64,000 bases of DNA. It comes from Nematocida ausubeli (taxonomy: Eukaryota). The translations under genes and the position numbers were made by a program. The stretch lies in assembly GCF_000738915.1 (NCBI RefSeq), contig NW_026515637.1, forward strand, positions 682,001 to 746,000. Direction: 5' to 3'. Shown piece by piece: positions 39,971-51,212 of this stretch. Positions within the stretch are counted from its first letter, which is position 1. Every line of letters begins with the position of its first letter. The notes beneath the pieces are model-generated. The model was not told where the DNA came from. It was given only the letters and a program-made list of their open reading frames with translations, and searched no databases.

Positions 39971-42900
39971 TCAATCATTTACTGATCGATCTGATTCTAT
40001 CTTCCTTCTAATATTCGCTGAGAGTTCATTGACATTTTTACTAATTAGTTCTGCATGGTTCTTTATATTATCCAAATTAATAAATTCTTCATTATTCTTC
40101 CCATAGTTATAAGAGAGCTTGTCTTCAACACAAAGACTCTTCTCCATCATTTTTGCATGCAGTTCTGCTAGGGTTTTCCCATGCAGGTGATAAAAGAACA
40201 TTAAAAATGCTTCGATTTTCTCCTGGCCTTTACTAATGTTGTAATCTGTAGACTCAAAGAACTTTATAATATTTTGATTATCCGGGTTATTATACACAAG
40301 CAATAAAGACTGTAAAAGGTCACTATTTGCATCCATTTTGCTTGGGTTTTTCTCCCCAAAGAATTCTAAGAATTTAGTTACATGCACAGGAATAATTGAA
40401 CTATGCAGTTTCTCAGCCAGAATAGCAGGAGTATTCAATTCACTATGATATTTACTTATATTGTTTATGTGGCCCTTTATGTTGTTAATTATAGCAATAT
40501 TTTTCTGAAGGATTTTAATGCACATCCCAGGGGGAAGCACCATACTGCACCTAGGAATAGATTCCTTAGGGATTCCATCGAATATGCCATGAATCTCTTT
40601 CTCGTAAATCGTATACAGATGCTCTAATACTTTCGCAATTTTATATCTGTTCAGATTAAACTGTTTATCTTCTGGACCAATATATGTGGCTGCAGCCTGT
40701 ATCCTATTTGTCACATCAGAGAACAAATTAATTGCATATTTCTTGGCTTCATTATAGTAAGTTGCATTTGTGAATATATTTGTGTCATCCTGGGACACTT
40801 TATAATTCTGCACCTTCCCAGAGAAAGTGATCATAGAGTGAAGGATTGTTGGAATTACTCGATTATTTTCACTGTACATCCTGTACTTTCCATTTGCGTA
40901 TGCAGGGACATGGAATAGCATAGGGAGTGTGATATTTGAAGAACTCATGATATCTGTGAGAATGCTTTCACTTAGTCTTTCCATAATAGAACTATCCACT
41001 AACTCATCAATTACCCCAGATATTTCACTATGTGTTAGGTTACTCTGTGGTATAACAGGAAGTACATTTAGTACAGCAGCACTTGGGCTACTAGTAGGAT
41101 TATTCATAGTAGGATTACTGTTGTAATTTGTCTTAGATGGATTACTTTTATAATTAGGCTGGGATGGGTTACTGTTAGACTTGGTCATAGTAGGGTTACT
41201 GTTAGAATTAGTCTTAGATGGGTTACTGTTATAATTAGGCTGGGGTGAGTTGCTGTTAGGATTGGCCTTAGGCAGGCTATCGCTACTAATAGTCTTACTG
41301 TTATATTTAGTCTTATCAGGAACACTGTTATAATTAGTCTGTATGGGCTTAGTCGTAGTAGACTCGCTTGCAGCTGGTTTCTCATCGTGTGGTGAATCCT
41401 TAAATATATAGACATGCCGCATTTCTCCCACATTATACATATGGCTAGTTAGAACACGACTGCCTTGGCTTATATATGGATTATTTCTGGTTACCCTTTT
41501 TATTATCTTTCCTGCTGTATCTGGTGCATTACTGATCTGCTCTTCATATTGCTTAATTAAATCACTCTGTATCTCTGCCTTATATTCTGCACATTCTTCT
41601 GACTGCACAGTTTTCTTAATTGATTCCAGCAGAAATTCACTAATTGGACTATTATATATACGGGTACTATTTGCCTTTAATTCAGTCATAAATAGGTCTC
41701 GCTTATTTATATTTGAAGAAAGATTATCTTCAGAGATAACAATAGTAGGGACAGGCTCCCAGTCGTATAATTTCGGACTAGTCACTGCAGATGCCCTTAT
41801 ATTCATATATTTATCTAGTAAATTATCCGTTAGAATATTTCCTGTTTCAGAAGGATTATTGTCTCCTTGTATTATGCTTGCTTGCAGGTGGTTGAATATT
41901 TTAATTGAGTTAGAATATTCGGATACTTGGTGCATCCATTCCTTCAGTAAAATATTCTTGCTGATCTCCATGAAGACAAGAAGGTCTTCTTGGTCTGCAG
42001 GTGATCTACGGTGTAACTGTGCATATATATTCTTGGAGATAATATTTAGTGCATTATTTGCGAGTATTAAGAGGTTAGTCTGCATGGGAATAAGTGTTTC
42101 AGTTAGGACTATTTTTAGGTTGTGGTTTATGTCCATATTATTTGCTACTAATAAATATGTGATTAGGTTGTCATTTCTTAGTGATGCCTTCATGTTCTCT
42201 AGTTTTTGCATTTCTATGTTGTAGTTTGGGTCTATGACTTGGTTTGCCACAGCAGACAGGTACTTTAAATAGTGCGATGAGAACAAGTCCATTACCCCAA
42301 TGGTTTTATGTATGATTGTGACCATTTTATGGAGGATTATGGCGGCACTCTTTCCCTTCGGGTTATCTCGGGTTTTTGCGATCTTCTTCTGGGTATTTTG
42401 AGGTTTGGGCGCACTAAGGTCTGGTCTAGCTTGATATAGACTAAAATCCTTTAATTTGTCCGTTAATAAAACGGTCAGCTCATTAAAGTCGTATTCCTGG
42501 AGGGTTTCAGTGATTGGTGTGACGAACTGCCTGAAACTGTCGTATTTTAGGTTCATGGACATCTGGTAGAAGGAAAGTACGTTTACAATGTAGGGCTTCA
42601 TGAGTTTTGAGAATATTTTGGAGCCAATCTTGTGCGACTTAATTAAAGTGTGTGCTAAGTCAAGGTTCTCCAAGGTGCGCATTTTATTCACAATGGAGCT
42701 AAGCTTGTAGCTTGCATGGACACTTAGCAGATTTGTGTACTTCTGGTTATTTTTTCTGTAGTCTGATTCAGGTTTAGATCGGGTTATAACGGGTTTTGAT
42801 TTTGTTTCGTTATTTTTAGTACCTAGTACATCTGTAGTATGGCTGTCACTATATAAATCATTATTGTCTGGGTACACATCATAGGTCATGACCTTGTACC

Positions 42901-44731
42901 AGTCTTCAATTAATTTATGATTATTTAATGTGCTTCCATCAGAAAGGTAGAAGAACATCTTATCCGCATGCATTGGGAGTGATGCATTCTTGAAGCCTAT
43001 TGTGTCATAACCCTCTATCTCTGATAGGCCATCACAATATTGCGTAAAGAATTCCGTGTCGTGAATTATTTCTGGGAATCTCTGCTTTCCCGGGATCTTA
43101 TTCGATGAGATCTTTTTTATGGGCTTAAGACCCTTAGACGATGATAGAATTCCTTGCAGCACCTTCAGATGCTCTCTGTCATGCGTTTTCGAGTTTAACT
43201 GGTTTTTCCTAAATGGATTATTATTATTATTCATATTATTATAAATATCCAAAAGAAAAGAGTATTCTTTGATTGAATGCAAAAATTCGTAAGTGAAGGC
43301 TTTAAAACTGTTTCTTTTTGTGATTCTACGAAAACCCTTTAAATTAACTGCCTGCAAATTATTTATCTCCGGGTAAAAGCCAGAATCAGATGGCTTATAA
43401 TTCGTGTATATTGTATTTATGTATATGCGTATATTGTTAATTAAGTCTTCATTCTCTGGTCCTGTCATTTTCATGCGGTTTATAAGGGTCTGGTATATTG
43501 TCACAGTAGAATGTCCTTTTCTCACCCTGTGCCTTCTATTTATCGGGCTTTTCTCATGCTTTTTCAATATGCCCTTTGTAGCAGGCGTATAAGAGTCTAT
43601 TCTCCCTATCATAACTCTATCTTTAGACGGGAATATTTCAACAAAATGAATTATTGCTGTTTTTCCGTTATTTTTTATCTCTTCAATTATAACCGTTTTA
43701 TTTAGGTCTAATTCAAACGTACTCTGCACCAATATATTAGGTTCTTCTTGGCCCTGCTTACTGTTGAAGTAATTATTCGTGCTTTCTATTAGGGTAGTAT
43801 TTATGTGGTGTAGATTCGGATTTTCAGCCTTAGTGTGCACATACACTGGGTCTACGGCTGTCATATGCACCTTATTACAGCAGCCCCATAGGCCCGTATA
43901 TATTTGCGTCTTAGATGTGTCTACAATTATATACGGGTTATTTTTGTCACTAGACACCATATAATCAGGCGCAGAGACAGAATTACCTGAAATCACAAAG
44001 GAAGTGATCATGGGAAAGGTGTTTTTTGTTGATTCTTTATCCATTACTGTAAGAATGTGCGTAGAAGGGTCTTTTGATTTACTTATAATATATTCCATCC
44101 CATCTAACGGTATTTTCACTAGACCCAAGCCCGAAAAATAAGAATTCACAAGGACATGGTTTCCCTTATAGGGATATTGTGTGTTTTCTGGGATATCTAT
44201 GGAAATATTATCAGATGTGTATTTCTTCCATATATTCATGGTCCCTGGAGTGTTCTGCTGGTTTATTTCGCCTTCCAAGACAATAAACGGGTTATCTCGG
44301 GTTATATCGGGTTTTGAAATATATTTCTCACACGCGTTAGTGGAGTGTGTTAAGGAAAGCCATTCTTGGAATATGATGGGCGCCTTATGGAATGTCTTCT
44401 TAATTGGCTTAACATGGCTTAGTGTCATATTATATGCAGTGCCATATTTAAATTGGGATTTATGCGGGTTATGGTGTTTTCTTGCAGTACTTCTGGCTAT
44501 TCGAGTTTTAATCAGGTTATCTCCGGTTATCTCGGGCGTGATTGCCGGGTTATCAAGGAGTTTTCTGCTAAAATACCTTGTATCTTCATTTATTCCGAAT
44601 ATCTGACTATTTCCTGATAGATTAGTATGCGTACTCACTGCATCCGGGTGCACGCCCTGCAGTGGCTGGAATAATTCCAGCGAGGTCAGCATTAATCCGT
44701 ATATAAAACTAAAAATATAATTAAAATTCAT
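39971..44731 (-). CDS. Large (1586 aa) lineage-specific, probably secreted protein
   Basis: Long ORF, hydrophobic N-terminus, internal 10-aa Ser/Asn repeats; no recognisable domain. Confidence 0.85.
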   Translation of the reverse strand: MNFNYIFSFIYGLMLTSLELFQPLQGVHPDAVSTHTNLSGNSQIFGINEDTRYFSRKLLDNPAITPEITGDNLIKTRIARSTARKHHNPHKSQFKYGTAYNMTLSHVKPIKKTFHKAPIIFQEWLSLTHSTNACEKYISKPDITRDNPFIVLEGEINQQNTPGTMNIWKKYTSDNISIDIPENTQYPYKGNHVLVNSYFSGLGLVKIPLDGMEYIISKSKDPSTHILTVMDKESTKNTFPMITSFVISGNSVSAPDYMVSSDKNNPYIIVDTSKTQIYTGLWGCCNKVHMTAVDPVYVHTKAENPNLHHINTTLIESTNNYFNSKQGQEEPNILVQSTFELDLNKTVIIEEIKNNGKTAIIHFVEIFPSKDRVMIGRIDSYTPATKGILKKHEKSPINRRHRVRKGHSTVTIYQTLINRMKMTGPENEDLINNIRIYINTIYTNYKPSDSGFYPEINNLQAVNLKGFRRITKRNSFKAFTYEFLHSIKEYSFLLDIYNNMNNNNNPFRKNQLNSKTHDREHLKVLQGILSSSKGLKPIKKISSNKIPGKQRFPEIIHDTEFFTQYCDGLSEIEGYDTIGFKNASLPMHADKMFFYLSDGSTLNNHKLIEDWYKVMTYDVYPDNNDLYSDSHTTDVLGTKNNETKSKPVITRSKPESDYRKNNQKYTNLLSVHASYKLSSIVNKMRTLENLDLAHTLIKSHKIGSKIFSKLMKPYIVNVLSFYQMSMNLKYDSFRQFVTPITETLQEYDFNELTVLLTDKLKDFSLYQARPDLSAPKPQNTQKKIAKTRDNPKGKSAAIILHKMVTIIHKTIGVMDLFSSHYLKYLSAVANQVIDPNYNIEMQKLENMKASLRNDNLITYLLVANNMDINHNLKIVLTETLIPMQTNLLILANNALNIISKNIYAQLHRRSPADQEDLLVFMEISKNILLKEWMHQVSEYSNSIKIFNHLQASIIQGDNNPSETGNILTDNLLDKYMNIRASAVTSPKLYDWEPVPTIVISEDNLSSNINKRDLFMTELKANSTRIYNSPISEFLLESIKKTVQSEECAEYKAEIQSDLIKQYEEQISNAPDTAGKIIKRVTRNNPYISQGSRVLTSHMYNVGEMRHVYIFKDSPHDEKPAASESTTTKPIQTNYNSVPDKTKYNSKTISSDSLPKANPNSNSPQPNYNSNPSKTNSNSNPTMTKSNSNPSQPNYKSNPSKTNYNSNPTMNNPTSSPSAAVLNVLPVIPQSNLTHSEISGVIDELVDSSIMERLSESILTDIMSSSNITLPMLFHVPAYANGKYRMYSENNRVIPTILHSMITFSGKVQNYKVSQDDTNIFTNATYYNEAKKYAINLFSDVTNRIQAAATYIGPEDKQFNLNRYKIAKVLEHLYTIYEKEIHGIFDGIPKESIPRCSMVLPPGMCIKILQKNIAIINNIKGHINNISKYHSELNTPAILAEKLHSSIIPVHVTKFLEFFGEKNPSKMDANSDLLQSLLLVYNNPDNQNIIKFFESTDYNISKGQEKIEAFLMFFYHLHGKTLAELHAKMMEKSLCVEDKLSYNYGKNNEEFINLDNIKNHAELISKNVNELSANIRRKIESDRSVND

Positions 44732-44832
44732 AAAAATATAAAAGCATTCAAATTTATATAAGAGAACTGATATAAAATGAAGAGATTTGTTTTATGCTAT
44801 ATTATATAACCCAAATTATATAGGAATAGTGA

Positions 44833-45160
44833 GGATTAAGTTCTGCACTAAGTGGAATATATTGTGGTAGGAAGGGATTAAGTTCTGCACTATGTGGATT
44901 AAGTCTTGTAAAATTTATAATAAAGTGGAAAAAGTCTTGTCATTTATAGACATATAGTGGATTAAGTTTTGCCATTTTATATTTAAAAATAATAAGTCTT
45001 GTATATGTGGCATAAGTCTTGTAAAATTTATAATAAAGTGGAAAAAGCCTTGCACTATATAGAATATATTGTGCACTAAGTGTAATAAGTCTTGCATTCC
45101 ACGGAATAAATTATGTACTAAGTGGAATAAGTCTTGTCATATGTGGAACAAGTCTTGTTA
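44833..45160 (+). repeat. Family A array
   Basis: GTGGATTAAGTTCTG / ATAAGTCTTG units at ~20-21 bp spacing. Confidence 0.85.
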
Positions 45161-45212
45161 TGACTAACACAGAGCACACCCCTCAGATACCCCACTACAT
45201 CAACATACATGT

Positions 45213-45285
45213 ACCCGGTTAGCTCAGTCGGTAGAGCATCAGACTCTTAATCTGAGGGCCGCGGGTTCGAGTCCCGTACTGGGTG
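45213..45285 (+). tRNA. tRNA-Lys(CTT)
   Basis: 73-nt cloverleaf: acceptor ACCCGGT/ACTGGGT, D arm GCTCAGTCGGTAGAGC, anticodon arm TCAGA-CTCTTAA-TCTGA, T loop GGTTCGAGTCC, discriminator G. Confidence 0.97.
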
Positions 45286-45292
45286 TTTTTTT
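45286..45292 (+). terminator. Pol III oligo-T terminator
   Basis: T7 run directly after the tRNA. Confidence 0.8.
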
Positions 45293-45324
45293 ATTTATCC
45301 ATATATAGACATATAAACAAACCA

Positions 45325-45660
45325 ATTATAAATTAGTCACAATTACAACAGGACTATACAGTGGGATATACACAAGGGGTATATACGCCATAGACTAATT
45401 ACAACGGGAATTTAGTCTATATTACAACAGGAATATACCAAATTATACTAAATGTACCAAATTATACCAAATACACTAAATGCAACAGAGTATGACTAAG
45501 TGTAACAGTATAGACTAATTCTAACAGGGTATGACTAATTACAACATAAATATAAGTTAGTCACAAATACAACACACTCCCACTAATTAGTCCCAAACAC
45601 AGTTAGTCCCAAATACAACATAAATAGACTAATTCTAACAGGGTATGACTAATTAGTAAT
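45325..45660 (-). repeat. Family B array, reverse orientation
   Basis: GACTAATTACAAC / TTAGTCACAAATACAAC units; core 45357-45431 is the reverse complement of 7079-7153. Confidence 0.85.
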
Positions 45661-45735
45661 AAACACAACAATACAATACTCCCCCCTTACACCATATACA
45701 AGTATACAAATATATATAAAATATTTTATTCCCAT

Positions 45736-47352
45736 ATGGATCCATCTAATTACACAGAACTAGAACAAACTGACCTAATAGACCTAGATATATTCCTATA
45801 CAAAGACATAATCTCAAAGTATTCATATAATTACACTGCACCTTCAAATATATCCACATATAAATGGAAAATAATCACAGATATATTCAGTAAGACATAT
45901 ATATCCATAAATCACTTAAATACACTGCATAATATACGGCTAGATATAATTAATACAATTATATGGCAGGGTTATATGCAATATAGTGATAAATATATTA
46001 TACCCTTACTAAATATATCTGAATATACAGTTAGTCAGGTATTATATACGGTAGAGTATATATATAGACTAATTCAGTCAGGATATATTTCTTTGTTGGA
46101 AAATATATTTATATGGCGGGATATTATCACGGAGAGTGAAATTAATTTAAAGAATTATTTCTTTGTGGAAGAATACTTCAGGAATGGTATGAATTTGCAG
46201 AAATATTTTGTACAGAGTGAGATTTATTCTGGATTATGTGAGTTTATTGCAGGAATTAGTCAGGAAAACCTGAAAAAACCCACATTACAAGAACTTTACA
46301 ATAAAAAGACAGGGGCAGGTGAGAGATATGTGGAATACGGAATAAATTTATTGATGAATAAGAGGACATCCCTTAAGGAGATTGATGCAATAGCCCCATG
46401 GGGCAGCAAGATGCAGACCTGGGTCTACTCATTCCTAGGTAGGGACCTTGAAAGTGATAAATCACGAGTACCTGGAGATAATTTGACCCCAGAGGCACTC
46501 CAGAATATTTCCATTTTGGCTGCAATAAAAGACCACTGGGAAGATATCCTTATGATAGAAAGTGAATTCCTAAGGTGCTTCTCAAATGAGCACATAAACA
46601 TACTTTGCCCAATGGCAGCCCCTTTAATAACGCCATCCTTCAAAAGTTTCCGAATCCTGCAAGAATTAGTCAGGAAAGCAGGCACAACAGCCGCATTCAT
46701 GGATACAGACGGATTATACAGTCTATTCAGGCAGTCAGATATATCCCCAGATATAAAAGTGATTTTAGCCAGAAGATATATAAGGATTTTGCACATGATA
46801 AAAACAGTTTATAACGACAAACAAAATATCCTAATAAAAACACTCTTGGAAGACCTGCAAGACAAAGAAAAAACCGTTAATCTATGGAAATACAGGCCAA
46901 TAGTCATAAATAGCCTAGGGATCATGCAGATTTTCAAAAGAATCAGGAATATATGCATAAATAGATATATTCCTAGATTTAAAAAACTGATAAAAAAAAT
47001 TTGCAAAAAGATAAAAATTATGTTAATTAAATTCGGTATTTTTGTGCACCTGATGTGGATTGCGATTCAGTTGAACTTAACTGCCAGAAGGGTAGAGAAG
47101 AGTGTAAAGGGAATTAATGCCTGGTTCTGGAATACTTCCATAATAAAGCATATTTCCAGTTGGAGAATATTTTCATACAAGACGTACAGAGGGTACGGTA
47201 CAGAGAATTATAACGAAGTCCCAGAGCCCGTCATGAAGACACTCAGGCACATGTCAAAGGAAATTAAGACAGTCATGGAGAAGTGCATGCTTCCTGCACT
47301 AGGTGTCATACAGGCAACAGGTACTCTATTGTATGTGAGCATACTAGGGTAA
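45736..47352 (+). CDS. Hypothetical protein with C-terminal hydrophobic segments
   Basis: 538-aa ORF; CCCAT before the ATG; hydrophobic stretches near the C-terminus. Confidence 0.75.
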   Translation: MDPSNYTELEQTDLIDLDIFLYKDIISKYSYNYTAPSNISTYKWKIITDIFSKTYISINHLNTLHNIRLDIINTIIWQGYMQYSDKYIIPLLNISEYTVSQVLYTVEYIYRLIQSGYISLLENIFIWRDIITESEINLKNYFFVEEYFRNGMNLQKYFVQSEIYSGLCEFIAGISQENLKKPTLQELYNKKTGAGERYVEYGINLLMNKRTSLKEIDAIAPWGSKMQTWVYSFLGRDLESDKSRVPGDNLTPEALQNISILAAIKDHWEDILMIESEFLRCFSNEHINILCPMAAPLITPSFKSFRILQELVRKAGTTAAFMDTDGLYSLFRQSDISPDIKVILARRYIRILHMIKTVYNDKQNILIKTLLEDLQDKEKTVNLWKYRPIVINSLGIMQIFKRIRNICINRYIPRFKKLIKKICKKIKIMLIKFGIFVHLMWIAIQLNLTARRVEKSVKGINAWFWNTSIIKHISSWRIFSYKTYRGYGTENYNEVPEPVMKTLRHMSKEIKTVMEKCMLPALGVIQATGTLLYVSILG

Positions 47353-47382
47353 ATATAACCCGGAATATATAATTAAATGCCG

Positions 47383-47826
47383 TTAAATCAGGTTATTTAT
47401 TGTTTTTGTTGTTAATTGATAGTTTTTATTGTTAATTAGTAGTTTTATTGTTAATTAGTGGTTTTTTATACAGTTATATCAAGGTAATGACAGTTATTTT
47501 CTGCTTAGTATATAATTAACCGTCAATAACCCATTAATAACCCAATAAAAACCATTAATAACTGTTTAAAACCATTAATAACAACAAAAAACAACAATAA
47601 CCTGATTTAACCTATAAATAACAATAATTAACCGTTTTAAATAATAATTAACAACAAAAAAACAACAATAACCGTTTTTACCAACAATTAACCGTTTTTA
47701 ACCTATAAATAATCTATAATTAACCGTTTTAAATAATAATTAACAACAAAAAAACAATAATTAACCGTTTTTACTAACAATTAACCGTTTTTACTAACAA
47801 TTAACAATAATTAACAACAATTAACC
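47383..47826. repeat. Low-complexity repeat family C (AACAATTAACCGTTTT) with an inverted arm
   Basis: Tandem AATTAACCGTTTT units; TTAAATCAGGTTATT at 47383 pairs with AATAACCTGATTTAA at 47596-47610. Confidence 0.75.
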
Positions 47827-47974
47827 TGCTTCTACTACCAATACCCTACCAATATCCCACCAATTCCCTATAACCCCCTATATATCTCACTATATTTTAT
47901 TTACCTGGTAACAATATATTCCCATGCACCAGATATAAATAACATATTTATTCAATTTTCTTTTCTATTTTTAA

Positions 47975-50746
47975 ATGAAAAGAGAGAGGGAAGAGGAGAG
48001 TGATGATGAAATAATTGAAAGAAGAAGGAAAGTCCATAAGAAAGATAAAGATATCAAAGATGAAATAGAAGACTTATTTGAAGAAATCTCATCAGACCAA
48101 ACAGCAGAAAATATACCACAAGCAAATGAATGGAGAGTAACAGGAAGTGCTACAGCAGGTGCCCTACAAGAAATATTCGGAGATGGAACAGATTACTTAT
48201 ACGCAATGGAATACTACACTAAGAAGAATGAACAAGAAGAAAAAAGACATAAGGAATTTAAACAACCAAAACCAGAAGTATTCAGTAAGATAGACAGAGA
48301 AGAAATAATCAGCAGAGTAACAGAATCACTTATGGAGACAAATACTTCATTCCCAAAGCATAATATTGAAGCAGTAGTAGGGAATATAGTAGATAATATA
48401 AGCTTAGTAGACACAGTATCTGAGTCATTCCATTGCTTAGACAGCAGAAATAACCACATCACTCTCCTGGAGGCAAGAAGACTTGTCGCCCTCTACAGGG
48501 AAAAGGATAAAATACTAGCACACCTGCCTAAAGTACTTGATAAGAATATAAAGACAGTCATATCCTGTGCACATATGCTTAAGACACCAGAAGAATACAC
48601 TAGATTAGTCAGGTACGTATACAGATTGCAGTCAAATGAGTGCACAGATGCAGACAGAGAGATAGCAGCAAATGTAACCCAGAAGATAACAAATATATCA
48701 ATGTATTATACAGAATATGCAGCTGTAAATAGTGATGACCAACAGATAAGAAGTGACCCAGAAGATAAAGGAACTAGTCATACTGCATCACAGAAGGAAA
48801 CAAAACTGAAAATATCCAGGGAAAGAGGACTACTACATAACCCATGGATATACAGGGCAGCAGTAGAAATAGGCATGGAAATATCTACAGTGGAAATACA
48901 AGGCATAGAAAATATAAAGATACTAGCCAGTGCAATCTCACAGGAAGATATGTTCCTACTGAATAAACTCACTAAGAGAGGAATATCTTACAGAATAATC
49001 CTGAATAAAGAAGAGACAGTCAGAAGAATATCACAGAAATTAGACGGATCTGCACCGATGGAAGAAATAGTAGAAGGACTCTCTTACTTCATTGATAAGT
49101 CAGCTGATGACATATCAGCAGGAATTGAAAAAGAACTCATCTCCTTTGCAGAAGAATACGTTAAGATAGAACTATTCAAGACACTCATAAATATACTCAG
49201 TATAAAACCTGGTAAAGAAGATATCTTAAGCATATGGATAGACAAGGGAAAGACAAGATACACTAAAGTCAATAGTAAAGGCACACTAATATCCTCTGGG
49301 ATAGTCACACCCAGGGAAGACATAAATATATCAGAACATAAGGGCATAGTAGCACTCACAGGATGCGGGTACAGACTAAAACCATATACAAAAGGAAAGT
49401 ACACAGTATATATACAGGAAGAAGTACTGAGTTTAGTAGGTGGTAGTAAGGATATGTCTGTTGTAATGTGCAATCTCATCAGAAATCCACTTAGTGCCCT
49501 GGAGAGTCTCCTGTCCTCTGATGCACCAGTCCCTAGGCTTGTCCTCCTGCAGAGTATGCTACCCCAGGATGTACCCATCACTGTCCTGCAGTACGCAGTA
49601 GCATACAAGAAGGCAGAGACACAGATGCACCAGTCAGCAGAGTACAGTCACCTGAAGAAAGACGTAATGGAATTCCTTAAGGGAGGGGGTGACCCAGAGG
49701 CAGTAATTGTAGACAGATATGCTGAGTGCGATGTACTCAGAAGGGCAGTGAAGGAGACAGCTGTCTCAGGGGCTGGATGGAAGTGTCCAGAGACAAAACC
49801 CGTCTTGGAGAATATTCTGCTCAGGGATGTATACACGCACTGTGTGAATAAGATGGAAAATATACACGTACCAGTTGGCCTACCAGATATGAGCCCAGAT
49901 GAAGCATTCCTGGCCTTCAATAGAATATCAGAGGAAGACCTGCTGTACCTGCAGACTAAATGGACACTTTCTTGCGGAGTAGTCATATCTATGCCTGGCA
50001 TGGAGACAGAGGGAATTATCACGGGCCTAAGACAGGAGACACACTTGCGCCTGGACAGTGGCGTATCTGCTGTTCTCTCTGGGAAAGTGCGCCCGGGTGT
50101 AGTAGATGGCCAGAGACTAAGTGTAACAGTACTGGGCCTGGATATGCTGCAGTACAGGGCAATTGTCCAGGAGAAGCAGGAGAAGGTGGGTCTTAGGGCA
50201 CATTCCAACTGGCGGGTCAAGAATGTCACAGCAAAGGCAGCTGGGCGTATGCTCCGGGAGAGACCATTTGGGTCTTATATCTTGCGCCCATCTGCCACTC
50301 ACTTGGACTCATTGATACTCACAGTGCGCATCACGGAAGTACCTGAGAAATTCTTACTATCACATATTCGTGTCAGGGAGGTACCCAGTGGGTACGAAGT
50401 CGCAGGGAAAGTGTTTGGTGACTTGGATGGTCTAGTGGAGACGTATATCCCGAATTATTTGAGGACATTCAAGAGGGTCATGCACCACAGGAAATTTACA
50501 ACAGAGCCTGTTGATGCGATTAAGACCCGGCTGTTGCATGCAAAGGCAGAAGATGCCCTGGATAAGTACGCCCTGTCCATCTCAAAGACAGCACCCGGAT
50601 GCGTGTCCTTCGTATACGTCCGGAATAAAAGTGAACCCACAGAAGTACTTCTGCACGTAGTCGAGCAGGGCCTGTACTTTGACAGAAAGGTCTATGCCAA
50701 ACCAGAAGACTTCATCAATATGATCAAGAAATCACAGGCGAAATAG
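47975..50746 (+). CDS. SPT6: Transcription elongation factor Spt6 (reduced)
   Basis: Acidic N-terminus with EIFGDGTDY; S1-like region; C-terminal tandem SH2 (GSYILRPS..DSLILTVRI..HIRVRE..FGDLDGLVETYI; YALSISKTAPG). Confidence 0.85.
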   Translation: MKREREEESDDEIIERRRKVHKKDKDIKDEIEDLFEEISSDQTAENIPQANEWRVTGSATAGALQEIFGDGTDYLYAMEYYTKKNEQEEKRHKEFKQPKPEVFSKIDREEIISRVTESLMETNTSFPKHNIEAVVGNIVDNISLVDTVSESFHCLDSRNNHITLLEARRLVALYREKDKILAHLPKVLDKNIKTVISCAHMLKTPEEYTRLVRYVYRLQSNECTDADREIAANVTQKITNISMYYTEYAAVNSDDQQIRSDPEDKGTSHTASQKETKLKISRERGLLHNPWIYRAAVEIGMEISTVEIQGIENIKILASAISQEDMFLLNKLTKRGISYRIILNKEETVRRISQKLDGSAPMEEIVEGLSYFIDKSADDISAGIEKELISFAEEYVKIELFKTLINILSIKPGKEDILSIWIDKGKTRYTKVNSKGTLISSGIVTPREDINISEHKGIVALTGCGYRLKPYTKGKYTVYIQEEVLSLVGGSKDMSVVMCNLIRNPLSALESLLSSDAPVPRLVLLQSMLPQDVPITVLQYAVAYKKAETQMHQSAEYSHLKKDVMEFLKGGGDPEAVIVDRYAECDVLRRAVKETAVSGAGWKCPETKPVLENILLRDVYTHCVNKMENIHVPVGLPDMSPDEAFLAFNRISEEDLLYLQTKWTLSCGVVISMPGMETEGIITGLRQETHLRLDSGVSAVLSGKVRPGVVDGQRLSVTVLGLDMLQYRAIVQEKQEKVGLRAHSNWRVKNVTAKAAGRMLRERPFGSYILRPSATHLDSLILTVRITEVPEKFLLSHIRVREVPSGYEVAGKVFGDLDGLVETYIPNYLRTFKRVMHHRKFTTEPVDAIKTRLLHAKAEDALDKYALSISKTAPGCVSFVYVRNKSEPTEVLLHVVEQGLYFDRKVYAKPEDFINMIKKSQAK

Positions 50747-51212
50747 CAGTGAAGGGTAGTTAAGGGAAGTGAAGGAAGTTAAGAATAAAGTGTCATTTAT
50801 ATTTGGGTGTATTTGAAGTATATTTAGTTTTGAAGTATATTTATATTTGAAGTATATTTATTAACGGATATTTGATTATTAACAGGTTTTTATTAATGGG
50901 TATTTATTAACGAACATTTTTATTCAATCAGTATATTTAACAAGTATATTTAACGAATATTCTTATCTATAAACCACTTATTAACCACTTATATCCAACA
51001 GACAACATATATATTTAATATATTCTTATTCTCTAATATCCTCGTTATATCTAACAATAATCTGATACCCACATGATATCTAACAATAATCCGATATAAC
51101 CCGAATTATTTCTATCCTTTTGTTACTAAGACATTTCCCTCTGTGCGTGCGTGAGAAGAAGGCGGCTGTGCAGTTGCCAAATGGGATAAATTTTCTTTTC
51201 TTTCAAAAAATT

